A stretch of 64,000 nt of DNA from Candidatus Bathyarchaeota archaeon (GCA_963702095.1 OY969706.1:544001-608000), one strand, 5' to 3'. Positions 20,232 through 30,513 are shown, counted from the stretch's first letter. Translations and numbers: made by a program. The notes: a model not told the origin generated them from the letters alone.

Positions 20232-21602
20232 TTAGTGGCCTGGTCCGCCTGCGATGTAACCGGTTGGCAGGGCGAAGTCTGCTTGCTTGAGGTTTGTTCC
20301 TCCGGCAGAAGTAGGCCAAACAATCACGGATTTAAGTTGGCTATCGTGTGCGTCCCATTGTAGCTGTTCAACGAAGGTCACTGGGTCGATTTCGTGGTAG
20401 TTGACGCCTGTGCTGAACTGGATTTTACCTGTCTGAGTCATGATGAGCATTTGGTCCATGTTTGTGTTTTCGATGGCTGTTCTTACGGTTGCTTTGTCGA
20501 GGCTGCCTGCTTGTTCAATTGCGGCTTTGGCGATGTAGAATGCGTCATAGGTGTCAGCGCCCATCATGCCTGGTACTTTGTCGTAGGTGCTTTGGAATTT
20601 CTCCGAGTATTCGCCAACTAGCGGCAGATAGGAGGGTGACATGAAGGGGTCAAGTTTTGACTCCAAAAGCTGCCCGGCGCCTGCTTGTCCCAATAGGCTG
20701 TAGAATGCTGAGTCTTGGTTGTTTTCTACTGCGATGAAAACTGTTTTTAAGCCGACTTCTTCCCAAGCCTGCTTGATTGCCAAGGGGCATTTGTCGGGGT
20801 TGTCAACTATAAAGACGGCGTCGGGGTTTGTGGCTTTCACTGCGGTGAGGTCTGTTTGGAAGTTGCTGGTGCCTGCTTCATAAGCTCTGTCTGCAACCAA
20901 GGTTATAGGCAAGTTTTCTTCTTGTATCCAGTACTTAGTGGCTTGCTCAACGCCTTGTCCGAATGCGTCGTTGCGGTAGAGTATGGCTAAGCTGAAGTTG
21001 CGGTCTGCTGCAACCATCGGCTTCATTTCCTCTGCGAAGAAGTCAACGACAGTTTTACTGTAGTGATAGGTGGTTGTGCAATAGTGGAAGATGTAGCTCA
21101 TGCCTTCTGAGTCACTTATGCTGTTGGGTCCGTTTGCTCCGAATCCTCCGTAGTCGCCTTGGGGTCCTCTGCGTGTTACAAGCTGGTTTGAGGCGCCTGT
21201 GATGATGTAGGGGACTTTGTTGTCTATGGCTGCTTTTTCGTTGGCTAAGGTGCCTGCGCTGCCGTATCCGCCAATCAGCATATCAACGTTATTTATGTCA
21301 CGGTTAACTGGCGTAACCGCGTTGGATGGTGAGTCATCGACTGTATCGAGGTTAGTGATGGTTATGTTGACTTTTGTGTTCCATTCAGCAACGTAGACGC
21401 CGCCTGCATCATTGATTTCTTTGACCGCCATCTGGGCTGCGTTTGACATGTCTTGCCCAATTGATGTGCTCAGGGGTGCAACTAAGCCTATCTTTATGTC
21501 TCTTGCATCTGCTGACACTGGTTTAGGTACTAATTGCCATGCCGCGACTGCTGCGACGGCTATTATAATAACTACAACTATGGCTAAGATTTTCTTTTGC
21601 AA
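20232..21602 (-). CDS. ABC substrate-binding protein, LivK/LivJ-like, N-terminal anchor
   Basis: Hydrophobic N-terminus, IKIGLVAPLS, YDAFYI; located in the liv cluster. Confidence 0.85.
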   Translation of the reverse strand: MQKKILAIVVVIIIAVAAVAAWQLVPKPVSADARDIKIGLVAPLSTSIGQDMSNAAQMAVKEINDAGGVYVAEWNTKVNITITNLDTVDDSPSNAVTPVNRDINNVDMLIGGYGSAGTLANEKAAIDNKVPYIITGASNQLVTRRGPQGDYGGFGANGPNSISDSEGMSYIFHYCTTTYHYSKTVVDFFAEEMKPMVAADRNFSLAILYRNDAFGQGVEQATKYWIQEENLPITLVADRAYEAGTSNFQTDLTAVKATNPDAVFIVDNPDKCPLAIKQAWEEVGLKTVFIAVENNQDSAFYSLLGQAGAGQLLESKLDPFMSPSYLPLVGEYSEKFQSTYDKVPGMMGADTYDAFYIAKAAIEQAGSLDKATVRTAIENTNMDQMLIMTQTGKIQFSTGVNYHEIDPVTFVEQLQWDAHDSQLKSVIVWPTSAGGTNLKQADFALPTGYIAGGPGH

Positions 21603-21653
21603 AGTTTTCTCCTCTCAACTTTGCGTTCTATATCCAACAAACAGCTAATAAAA

Positions 21654-22241
21654 TTAACTCTTAAGCACGCTTTCCCTGCCCAGCTGGAACGCTTTTATGT
21701 TCAGGCTAATGAATTTCTCTTTTAGCCTGCCAGCTATTGCCTGCTGGAAAGACTCCACCTTCAGTGGGTTCTCCGGAAGCGCTGAGAGCGCCCCTAACAG
21801 CACCGTGTTAACAACAAGCATGTTTCCCAGTTTCTCAGCGATGCCTATGCCGTCCACTTCATGAACCAACGCCTTTGCCTGCAGCATTGCCATCAGCTCA
21901 CGCTGGCTTTTAGGTTTAACTCCTGTGGGTAGGCAGCTGGGCTGGATAAGTTTCATGTTAACGATGACTGAGCCATCATTCTTTAGCATCGGCAACGAAC
22001 GCGTCGTCTCCAAGATTTCGAAGCCCACGATAGCATCCGCTTTCCCCGTCTCAATCAAGGGCGACTCCACTTTTTCCCCGATGCGCGCAAACGCCACAAT
22101 CGAGCCGCCCCGTTGCGCCATGCCATGAATCTCCGCTTTCGCCACGTCATAACCCTCCAACATTGCGGCTTCACAGTAGATGTCACTTAACACGACCACG
22201 CCTTGCCCGCCGACGCCGCTGAAAACTATGTCAAGCTTCAT
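21654..22241 (-). CDS. iorB: Indolepyruvate:ferredoxin oxidoreductase beta subunit
   Basis: GVGGQG, EIHGMAQRGGS, NTVLLG. Confidence 0.92.
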   Translation of the reverse strand: MKLDIVFSGVGGQGVVVLSDIYCEAAMLEGYDVAKAEIHGMAQRGGSIVAFARIGEKVESPLIETGKADAIVGFEILETTRSLPMLKNDGSVIVNMKLIQPSCLPTGVKPKSQRELMAMLQAKALVHEVDGIGIAEKLGNMLVVNTVLLGALSALPENPLKVESFQQAIAGRLKEKFISLNIKAFQLGRESVLKS

Positions 22242-24430
22242 TTCGTTTTCCTCTCTATCGCTTCAAAAGGGCAAACCTGTTCGCAGACGCCGCAACCGTT
22301 GCAGAGGGTGGGGTCGATTTCTGCGTGGTCGCCGTTTTGGCTTATGGCTGGGCAACCGAAGGCTTTGGTGCAGACTTCGCAGCCGTTGCATTCTTCTTTT
22401 ACTTGGCGTTTTGGTCCCTTCTCAGTCAGGAGTGGGCAGGGACGCTTGGAAATGATCACTGCGGGTCCCCGGTAATCGGTTACTTCTCGGATAGCTTTGG
22501 TTGTGGCTTTTAAGTCATAGGGGTCGACGGTGACGACTTTATCGATGCCTACTGCATGGGCGATTTCTTCTATGCTGATGATTTTGGCGTCCGCGCCCCT
22601 GACGGTTTTGCCTGACCCGGGCGTTGGCTGATGACCAGTCATCGCAACAGTGCTATTGTCCATGACAACCACGCAGACGTTAGCCCTATTGTAGGCAATG
22701 TTTAGGAGCCCCGGCATGCCCCCATGGAAAAACGTTGAGTCACCCAAAACCGAGAACACTTTATCTTTAACGCCTGCATGAATCATCCCAGCCGCCTCAG
22801 AGATACCTGCCCCCATACAGAGGCAACTCTGAACCGCTTTCACCGGAGGCAAAACCCCCAAAGTGTAGCAACCGATGTCGCCGGTGACGATTTTGTCGTC
22901 TGATTTAGGCGCTAAACTCAACGCGCTCTCAGGACAAGCTGGGACACATTTTGGGTCGCCGCCGCAGGCGTCGCAGATTAGCGGTTTATGAGTGATAGGG
23001 TGGAATGTCAGTGCGCCGTATTGGCAGGCTTCGATGCACCAGCCGCAGCCTTTGCATTTTGCCTCGTCAACGGTGACGGTTCCTGTCTGTTTAGACTGGG
23101 ATAGGGCGTCTTCGGGGCAGGCGGCGACGCAGGGCGCGTTGAGGCAGGCTTTGCACGTCAGCGCCGTATTGTTTACCAAGTCTACCCGTAGGGAGCGTAT
23201 GCGCGATTTCAATGGGTTAAAGACGCCTTCTTTCTCGTAGGAGCAGGCGTATTCGCAGATGTCGCAGCCGACGCATTTGCTGCTGTTACATTGAATGGAT
23301 TGGTTAACCATGTTTAGCGCGTAGTAGAATGCGCGGTGGGGGCACCCGGGGCAAAGCGCTGGGGGACGCGGAGGCAAATCCAGTTGCTGGGGCTTCTCGG
23401 GTTTGCTGGTTAGGTCTAGTTTGGCGAAGGCTTCGCGGATTTTGTCGGGGGTGAACTCGCCGATTTCCTCCAAGCCCAAAGCTGCTTTGCCCTCGACGTC
23501 GAGTTTTTGGCGTTCGATGTTTTCTTCGATGTAGGGTCGCAACTCTTCGATGACTATTAACTTCTTAACTTTGCTGGCAAACGACTTCACCAGCTCCGAT
23601 GGGAAGGGGTGGACAAACCCCAGTTTGAGCCAAGAAAACTTTTTCGTATCCAACACTGAGCGTGCGTAGTAGTAGCCGACGCCGCTTCCGATTATGCCGA
23701 TGTCGCAGCCGTTATCCTCCTCCACGTTGAAGTGCGAAGTCTCCGCCAACTTCTTAGCTTCCACCAATCTACCTTCCAAGACACGGTGTTGGCGGATGGC
23801 GTTGGCTGGCACCATAACCCATTTTGAACCGTTCTTGTCAAACTCTGCTTTGCGTTCCAAACGCTGGAAACTGCCCAGTTTAACCCGTGACTTGCCATGG
23901 GCAACGCGTGTGGTTAGGCGCAGAATAATGGGGAGTTTGAGTTTTTCGCTGATTTCGAAGGCTTCCCTTGCCATGTCATGGGCTTCCTGTGGGTTGCCTG
24001 CGTCAAGCAAGGGCAGTTTAGAGTGCACTGCAAAGTATCGTGTGTCCTGTTCATTTTGGCTGCTGTGCAGGGCTGGGTCGTCGCAGACCGCGATTATCAT
24101 GCCGCCTTCGATGCCTGTGTAGGCAAGTGTCATAACGGCGTCTGAAGCCACGTTTAAACCAACATGCTTCATAGAAACAATCGAGCGTACACCCGCCATC
24201 GAAGCGCCAACTGCGACTTCGGCGGCAACGATTTCGTTGATGCTCCACTCCGCGTAGATGTCGAGTGGCTCTGCGACTTCGGCGATGGCTTCTAAAATTT
24301 CGGTGGATGGCGTTCCGGGGTAGGCAGCGGCAACCTTTACGGTGGCTTCCACTGCCCCGCGTGCAACTGCTTCATCGCCGTTAAGCAGGGCGAAACTGCC
24401 CGGCTTATCTGCCAAAATCTTGGAAGTCAT
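22238..24430 (-). CDS. iorA: Indolepyruvate:ferredoxin oxidoreductase alpha subunit with inserted 4x[4Fe-4S] domain
   Basis: YPGTPSTE, MKHVGLNVA, SSQNEQD, CPGCPHR, GDIGCY, GDSTFFH, C-terminal ferredoxin; extra 16-Cys insert. Confidence 0.92.
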   Translation of the reverse strand: MTSKILADKPGSFALLNGDEAVARGAVEATVKVAAAYPGTPSTEILEAIAEVAEPLDIYAEWSINEIVAAEVAVGASMAGVRSIVSMKHVGLNVASDAVMTLAYTGIEGGMIIAVCDDPALHSSQNEQDTRYFAVHSKLPLLDAGNPQEAHDMAREAFEISEKLKLPIILRLTTRVAHGKSRVKLGSFQRLERKAEFDKNGSKWVMVPANAIRQHRVLEGRLVEAKKLAETSHFNVEEDNGCDIGIIGSGVGYYYARSVLDTKKFSWLKLGFVHPFPSELVKSFASKVKKLIVIEELRPYIEENIERQKLDVEGKAALGLEEIGEFTPDKIREAFAKLDLTSKPEKPQQLDLPPRPPALCPGCPHRAFYYALNMVNQSIQCNSSKCVGCDICEYACSYEKEGVFNPLKSRIRSLRVDLVNNTALTCKACLNAPCVAACPEDALSQSKQTGTVTVDEAKCKGCGWCIEACQYGALTFHPITHKPLICDACGGDPKCVPACPESALSLAPKSDDKIVTGDIGCYTLGVLPPVKAVQSCLCMGAGISEAAGMIHAGVKDKVFSVLGDSTFFHGGMPGLLNIAYNRANVCVVVMDNSTVAMTGHQPTPGSGKTVRGADAKIISIEEIAHAVGIDKVVTVDPYDLKATTKAIREVTDYRGPAVIISKRPCPLLTEKGPKRQVKEECNGCEVCTKAFGCPAISQNGDHAEIDPTLCNGCGVCEQVCPFEAIERKTK

Positions 24431-24440
24431 CGTTAATCCT

Positions 24441-25760
24441 TTACATTTTACCCTTACGCAGGTCCAGTACCCTTTTAGCTTTGCCCTCGGTACGCGGGAG
24501 CTCGCCTGGCTTAACAATTTCGACGTCGGCGCTTATGCCTGTGACTATGTGGATGCGTTTTTGGATTTCGTTTTTGAGTGCGTTTTTGTCTATGTTGGGG
24601 TCTTTGGCTGCTTTTTCTGATAATTCAACTTTCACTACGAAGGTGTCTAGTGCTCCAGGCCTGTCCAAGACGATTAAGTATTGTGTCGCCAACTCTGAGA
24701 AGCACATAACTGCATACTCGATTTGAGAGGGAAAAACGTTTACGCCTCGGATTATGAGCATGTCGTCGGATCTGCCTGTTATACGCATCATTCGGGCGTG
24801 TGTGCGTCCGCATTTGCAGGGTGCCATCTCTACCCTTGAAATGTCACGTGTTCGGTACCGCAGCATAGGCATGGCTGTTTTGGTTAAGGTTGTGAAGACA
24901 AGTTCGCCTTCCTCGCCTGGAGAGAGGACTTCGCCTGTGTCTGGGTTAATGGTTTCGACGATGAAATGGTCTTCCCAAATATGCAAGCCATTGTGGTTCT
25001 CGCATTCAATGGAAACCCCCGGACCATACAACTCTGTTAAACCGTAAATGTCAAACGCTTCGATGCCTGTTTCTTTCTCGATGCGTTCACGGATTTTACT
25101 TGACCATGGCTCCGCACCGAATATGCCTTTTTTCAGTTTGAGGTCATTTCTTGGGTTAACGCCTTCTTGCTCCATGGTCTCTGTGAGGTAAACTGCAAAA
25201 CTTGGAGTGCATGCCAGAATTGTTGTGCCCAAATCCTTCATAAGCTTGATTTGGCGTTGGGTCATGCCGCCGCTTGCCGGCACGATTTTTACGCCGAGTC
25301 TCTGTGCACCGTAATGGAAGCCCAAGCCTCCAGTGAATAATCCATAACCGTAAGCGATGTGGATGACGTCTTGGCTTCTGCCTCCTGCAGTGTAGATGCA
25401 GCGGGCCATAAGTTCCTGCCACATGTCCATGTCGTTTTTGGTGTAGGCCCCGATGATTGGGTTGCCTGTGGTTCCGCTTGACGCGTGGATCTCCACTATT
25501 TCGCTGGATGGCACCGTGACCATTCCGAAGGGGTAATTGTCTTTGAGATCGTTTTTTATTGTGAAGGGAATTTTTTGTAGGTCGTCGAGTGTTTGTATGT
25601 CTTGTGGCTTTAATCCTGCGGCGTCAAATTTTTTGCGGTAAAAACTGCTTTTTTCATAGCAAAAGTTGACTCGTTCTTTGAGTTTCTGGAGTTGAAGGTT
25701 TCTTATGTCCTGCCTGGGCATAGTTTCGATTTTTTGGTTCCAGTACTTGCCGTCTACCAC
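24441..25760 (-). CDS. paaK: Phenylacetate-CoA ligase
   Basis: HASSGTTG, YGYGLFTGGLGFHYG, FGAEPW, YRTRD, GRSDDMLIIRGVNVFPSQIE. Confidence 0.92.
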   Translation of the reverse strand: MVDGKYWNQKIETMPRQDIRNLQLQKLKERVNFCYEKSSFYRKKFDAAGLKPQDIQTLDDLQKIPFTIKNDLKDNYPFGMVTVPSSEIVEIHASSGTTGNPIIGAYTKNDMDMWQELMARCIYTAGGRSQDVIHIAYGYGLFTGGLGFHYGAQRLGVKIVPASGGMTQRQIKLMKDLGTTILACTPSFAVYLTETMEQEGVNPRNDLKLKKGIFGAEPWSSKIRERIEKETGIEAFDIYGLTELYGPGVSIECENHNGLHIWEDHFIVETINPDTGEVLSPGEEGELVFTTLTKTAMPMLRYRTRDISRVEMAPCKCGRTHARMMRITGRSDDMLIIRGVNVFPSQIEYAVMCFSELATQYLIVLDRPGALDTFVVKVELSEKAAKDPNIDKNALKNEIQKRIHIVTGISADVEIVKPGELPRTEGKAKRVLDLRKGKM

Positions 25761-25775
25761 TTGTTGTCCCCTCTT

Positions 25776-26480
25776 TTATAGGCCTAGATACACTTCTTTT
25801 ATGTGACTATTAGATAAAAGTTCCCTACTCTTCCCTTCCAATACAATCTTGCCCTCTTCCAAAACATAGCCTCGGTTGGCGACGCCTAAACTGTCATGAA
25901 TGTTCTGTTCAACCAGCAAGACCGTTACGCCTTCATCGTTGATAGTGCGTACCGTATCGAGGACTTTTTCCACGATAATCGGCGCGAGTCCCAAGGAGGG
26001 TTCGTCGAGGATAAGGAATTGCGGGTTTGACATTAGGCTTCGACAGATAACCAGCATCTGCTGTTCTCCGCCACTGAGGGTTTGAGCCAGCGCCTTCTCC
26101 TTCTTTTTGAGCACAGGAAAAATCTGGTAGACCCTTTCCTTTGTTTCCTTAACTTTCGCTCTGTCTTTTATGGTGTAGGCGCCCAAGAGCAAGTTCTCAT
26201 ATACGGTCATGCGGGGAAAGATTTCTCTGCCCTCAGGAATCATAGTTAAACCTTTTTTGACGATGTTGCAGGTGGCTAATTTCTCTATGTTTTCGCCCCT
26301 GAATTTGACAGAGCCCATCTGAGGTTTCAGTAAGCCCATGATTGTTTTGACAAGGGTGGTTTTGCCTGCGCCGTTGGGTCCGATGATGCTGACGATTTCT
26401 TTTTCTTCAACGTGGAAGCTTACGTCACGAAGAATCTGCACCATGCCATAAGCCGCAGAGACATTGTCCACTTCTAACAT
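25776..26480 (-). CDS. livF: ABC ATP-binding protein LivF
   Basis: GPNGAGKT, LSGGEQQM, LDEPSLGLAP, LVEQN. Confidence 0.92.
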   Translation of the reverse strand: MLEVDNVSAAYGMVQILRDVSFHVEEKEIVSIIGPNGAGKTTLVKTIMGLLKPQMGSVKFRGENIEKLATCNIVKKGLTMIPEGREIFPRMTVYENLLLGAYTIKDRAKVKETKERVYQIFPVLKKKEKALAQTLSGGEQQMLVICRSLMSNPQFLILDEPSLGLAPIIVEKVLDTVRTINDEGVTVLLVEQNIHDSLGVANRGYVLEEGKIVLEGKSRELLSNSHIKEVYLGL

Positions 26481-27220
26481 TGCGGTGTCTCCTCGTCAAG
26501 TTGGAATTTCTTGCCCAAGTAAACCTTAACAACGTTTTCGTCGGAACAGACCTGTTGAGGAGTGCCTTCATAGATTTTTTCGCCATGCTGCAGAACAATC
26601 ACCCGGTTACAAAGTCCCATGATGACACGCATAACGTGTTCCACGATGAGGACAGACACGCCCTGTTGGTTTAAGAGTTTGATGAGGGCGATGGCTTCAT
26701 CGGATTCTTTCGGTGTTAACCCTGTTAAGAGTTCGTCGAGTAAAAGCAGTTTTGGATTGGTTGCGAGCGCTTTTGCAAGTTGAATCCGCCTCAACTCGAC
26801 GACGTTCAGGTTTTTTGCTTTGACATCGAATTTGTCTTTACTTAACCCCGCGAAGGCTAAGAGTTCGTGTGCCCGAGCAACTGAACCTGTTTTATCGGTT
26901 TTTTTGCGGTTAAACAGTACGCTTGTCAACACGTTTTCTGTTACAGTCATCTCTGGGAACGATTGGACGGTTTGGGCTGTTTTGGTTATGCCTCTGGCGC
27001 AGATGGCGTAGGGCGGCATTTTTGCGATGTTTTCTTCTTGAAAGAGGATTTGGCCTGAGTCGGGTTTGTAGACGCCGCTGATTAGGTTGAGTAAGGTTGA
27101 TTTTCCTGAGCCGTTGGGGCCTACAAGACCCGTTATTTCGCCTTGGCTTATGGTGAAGTCCACGTTTTTTAGGGCTTGAACTCCTCCGAATCGTTTGGAG
27201 ACTCCGATGCACTGTAGCAA
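26474..27220 (-). CDS. livG: ABC ATP-binding protein LivG
   Basis: GPNGSGKST, LLLLDE, IVEHVM. Confidence 0.9.
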   Translation of the reverse strand: MLQCIGVSKRFGGVQALKNVDFTISQGEITGLVGPNGSGKSTLLNLISGVYKPDSGQILFQEENIAKMPPYAICARGITKTAQTVQSFPEMTVTENVLTSVLFNRKKTDKTGSVARAHELLAFAGLSKDKFDVKAKNLNVVELRRIQLAKALATNPKLLLLDELLTGLTPKESDEAIALIKLLNQQGVSVLIVEHVMRVIMGLCNRVIVLQHGEKIYEGTPQQVCSDENVVKVYLGKKFQLDEETPQC

Positions 27221-27391
27221 ACTTTTTCTCTCTCCGGGTTAGCAAGGAATTATTGAAGTGGAAATATAAATGTTGGTAAAAAACCGATTCTGCCCCATCA
27301 TCCTTCTACTTTGGGAACGCTTTGTGTTTTTCTTTGGGGTTTGGTTAAAGTTAAATACCATCTACACCATTAGGGGTATGGGTGCCCTTGC

Positions 27392-27838
27392 TTGCCAATT
27401 CCACAAGTCAGCGTATTCCTCGATAACCGACCCGGCTCACTATTCGACGCCATGTCGCAACTGGATAAAAACCAGATCAAAGTTTTCGCCCTTGCCATCG
27501 CTGACGCAGGCGAATTTGGGTTAGTCCGCTTAATCACTGAAGACCCACAGAAAACCGGTTCTCTGCTTGAAGAAGCAGGGTTCAACCTTGCCAAATCCAA
27601 AAGAAACACCGAAGTAACCGCCATTTTTACTTCAGACGAAGAGCGCCTCTCAAAAATCACAAAGCTACTAGGCGACATTGGATTAAACATTGAGTATGCT
27701 TATTCGTCAGCGGTTCATGTAGCGGGTAAAGTCGCCTTGATTTTGCGGGTCAGCGACGTGGTAAAGGCGGAGGAACTGCTTAAAGTGAACAGTGTTGAGG
27801 TTTTGTCGCTGGCTGAGATTAAAAATTATTTCCAGTGA
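27392..27838 (+). CDS. Tandem ACT-domain protein (paaK-associated)
   Basis: QVSVFLDNRPGSL, EFGLVRLI, LNIEYAY. Confidence 0.88.
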   Translation: MPIPQVSVFLDNRPGSLFDAMSQLDKNQIKVFALAIADAGEFGLVRLITEDPQKTGSLLEEAGFNLAKSKRNTEVTAIFTSDEERLSKITKLLGDIGLNIEYAYSSAVHVAGKVALILRVSDVVKAEELLKVNSVEVLSLAEIKNYFQ

Positions 27839-27935
27839 CAGTCCTTTGTCATCGTTTTGGTTTTAGTTGCCGCTGTAGTCGGTGTGGTTGTTGGCTTGGT
27901 TGTTTTCTTTAAGAGGCGCCGATGAGTATCACGGG

Positions 27936-28130
27936 GAAAACCAGTCGGTACATGCTTCTACATCCAACCGTTGAGGCTTCAACATAGAGCCATGCAAGGG
28001 TGTGTGGATGAAAACGCATATCCCACACTGAAACAGACGCCGAAAACCGTTGCAAACGCCAAATGCAATCGTTGCCTCAAGTCGTCTTGTGGCACCCCCT
28101 AAAACGCCACACCCACATAAAGAGAAAAAA
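27936..28130 (+). repeat. Intergenic repeat family A, copy 1 (195 bp)
   Basis: 194/195 identical to the reverse complement of 35610-35804. Confidence 0.95.
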
Positions 28131-28262
28131 TGATCTTAACCTTTATAAGATAGAAAAATTGCCTGCCAACTCCTCTCAAACAAGTTCTGCTTTGCTTGGG
28201 AGAGTGCTGTAAAGCTTTTATGATAAGCGTGCAATAGACAAAAAGTGCAGAGGGCGTAAGCG

Positions 28263-28913
28263 ATGGTGGGGGATATTGATACTTTAATTGGGAGAGAGGA
28301 CGCAAAGTTTTCCCTTCATTATATGCGGATGGATCAACTAAGAATCAATTTTACTAATGAAACCATTGCTTTTTGCTCAGAATGGTACAGAGCCACGGCA
28401 AAAGAATATGTTTCCAAGAATGCTGAACTCATTTTGAATATGGGCAGTGACCAGCTTCTACGCATGAAAACCAAAATCGGCTCCTTAGTTGCTAATACCG
28501 AAAAAACCGTCAATGAAGTGCTGAATAATCCTTGCTTATGGTGGCATCTTAGACCTCGCTCACAAGACGCCTTGAACCTGTATTTGCAGGTTGGCGATAA
28601 GCACCCGATAATCCTTGATCAAGCTATAAGGCAGATACTGGGGCGTCTGGGGGAGGTTTTGCAGGAATTCCGGTTTCATGTATCGGTTACTGGCAAACAT
28701 GGTTCTTTTGGAGAGTACTGGTTCATCCAATCTACCAATGGGGCAGTGGTTCCTTATTATCCGCATGCATTGAAGTGGTCAGTTAAAATGCAGGATACGA
28801 TCCGAGAGTACAATGGCCAATATTTGGAAGCAATTGCCCTCTATAAAGAGATGGAACTGCTCAAAGACCAGAAGAAGAGAGAAGAAGCGCTTTCCCGATG
28901 GGATTCATTCTGA
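28263..28913 (+). CDS. Hypothetical protein
   Basis: 216-aa ATG ORF with a TATA-like TTTTAT upstream; no motif recognised. Confidence 0.65.
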   Translation: MVGDIDTLIGREDAKFSLHYMRMDQLRINFTNETIAFCSEWYRATAKEYVSKNAELILNMGSDQLLRMKTKIGSLVANTEKTVNEVLNNPCLWWHLRPRSQDALNLYLQVGDKHPIILDQAIRQILGRLGEVLQEFRFHVSVTGKHGSFGEYWFIQSTNGAVVPYYPHALKWSVKMQDTIREYNGQYLEAIALYKEMELLKDQKKREEALSRWDSF

Positions 28914-28935
28914 CTGTTGGCGTGGGCTTGATAAG

Positions 28936-28996
28936 TTCCATTCTTCTTTAATCGTGTTCCAGAGCCAAGTCGAGAGGTTAAAAGTAGCCCGTGAGA
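28936..28996. repeat. att-like direct repeat of the tRNA-Gln 3' end and its downstream flank
   Basis: 28970-28996 TCGAGAGGTTAAAAGTAGCCCGTGAGA is identical to 33481-33507; similarity extends about 35-40 bp further. Confidence 0.9.
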
Positions 28997-29661
28997 TACC
29001 GCTGTCTAGGCATGGTTCTATATGAAATGTGGTCTTGGGAAGCAAACTCTTCCCCTTTTTTTTATCTTAACGAGTGCTCATAAAGGGCTATTGTTCGGCG
29101 GAACATACCCTGGTTGGTGATGTCACCCGCATACCCCTTTTTCTTCAAACGTTTGAGTACCATATCCGAAAGGAAACGCTACTCCAGACAACCCGTAATA
29201 CCATAACTTCCTTTTTTTAAGACTAAGCCGGTAGATCGCAGTCTAGTTTGGTATAGTATTCCGCTGTCGATACCGACAGATACTCTTGATCCCTGTTTTT
29301 GCGGTAACCTTTTTTTAGTTTCTTCATTAATCCATGCTTTTGCTGACAGTGTCTTAGATGAAAATTTGGCGAATGCTTGGGATTGCCATTTTATTGCTTA
29401 AATTGTTGAAGCACAAAAGCTTCTTTTCTAGGCAGAAATCGAGACAGGAGAAGCCTCTTTTCTTCAATAGTGCTTGCATTTGCTGCTCCATAGCTATCCT
29501 TAAACTAAACAACGGTTAATACGCACCTGAGAATCTTTTAGTGCTTTTTCTTGCTGTTGATAGCTCAAACAAGCTAGAGCTAATGTCTGATTCTTATCAC
29601 TTTTTTGTATTAACGCTACGTGCATAAGTTTTTTATTATTTTCGAAAAGAATGAGAGCTGA

Positions 29662-30468
29662 TTATACTTCCTTTGCTTTACTCCATAGCATTTCAAAATG
29701 ATCCGATGCTAGTTTAATAAGCGTATTACTATTTGACCAAAGCGCAGGAGAACCAGGTAAGTCTTTTCTCGGAAAAAGTATAATGGACATTTCATTGTTG
29801 TCATATATTCCATAAACTGTCTCTGGCAATTGACGCATAAATTTGACTTGGCAAGAAGTTTTTCTCCTGCAAAATTCTGTTAGCTCTTTTGAAGTAATGG
29901 TGTCTTTTGGCTCTTGTACTAAGAACCTGAACTTCACCTGCTTTTTCCAAGCGTTCTCTAAGTTTTCCGCAAAGGTACTTGTTACTCCACGCGAGAACCT
30001 CCTCCAAGAAAGGACAAGGTCAACGCTTGATTCAACACTATTAATAGCTTCGCCTATTTTACGAATAACAGCATTTCCTTCCGTAATTAGAGCAAATTGG
30101 AAGTTTTTCAGTTGCTGTCTATAGTCTGGCTCCCTTAGATTTATTTCACTAAGCAAAATTTCGGCTTCAGCTATTACATTTTTATATTGTTCTTTTTTTG
30201 TTTCCAGCAAGAACTGGAGTGTTTGATTTAATGGGCTTGCTTTATACCTAACCGGGTTTTCTATAATCTTTTCAATCAAACCCATTTTTTGAAGGTTCTC
30301 TATGGCTCGATATGTGTCTGGTCGAGCAACTTTAGCCATTTCTGCGATTGCTGACACTTTTAACGGTTCAGAGTTTGCTAGCGTCAAGTAAATTCTTGCG
30401 TTTGTTGGCGTTAGTCCCAAATTCGTTAAAACCTCTAGCTCTGAACTTTCCAAAACATTCTCCTTCAT
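29662..30468 (-). CDS. TrmB-family transcriptional regulator
   Basis: LGLTPTNARIYLTL...VARPDTYRAIENLQKMGLIEK; C-terminal PLD-like effector domain. Confidence 0.85.
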   Translation of the reverse strand: MKENVLESSELEVLTNLGLTPTNARIYLTLANSEPLKVSAIAEMAKVARPDTYRAIENLQKMGLIEKIIENPVRYKASPLNQTLQFLLETKKEQYKNVIAEAEILLSEINLREPDYRQQLKNFQFALITEGNAVIRKIGEAINSVESSVDLVLSWRRFSRGVTSTFAENLENAWKKQVKFRFLVQEPKDTITSKELTEFCRRKTSCQVKFMRQLPETVYGIYDNNEMSIILFPRKDLPGSPALWSNSNTLIKLASDHFEMLWSKAKEV

Positions 30469-30513
30469 TTAGAATGATAATCGCTGGATTGTTTTAAACT
30501 CTTTTGCATTGTC

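Noticed and set aside
27836-27838. Selenocysteine recoding of the ACT UGA
   Set aside because: The position is not a Cys-equivalent catalytic site and no SECIS-like element was recognised.
29000-29650. Integrase pseudogene in the tRNA-Gln islet
   Set aside because: No recombinase motifs could be read in the frames examined; left as unexplained intergenic DNA.
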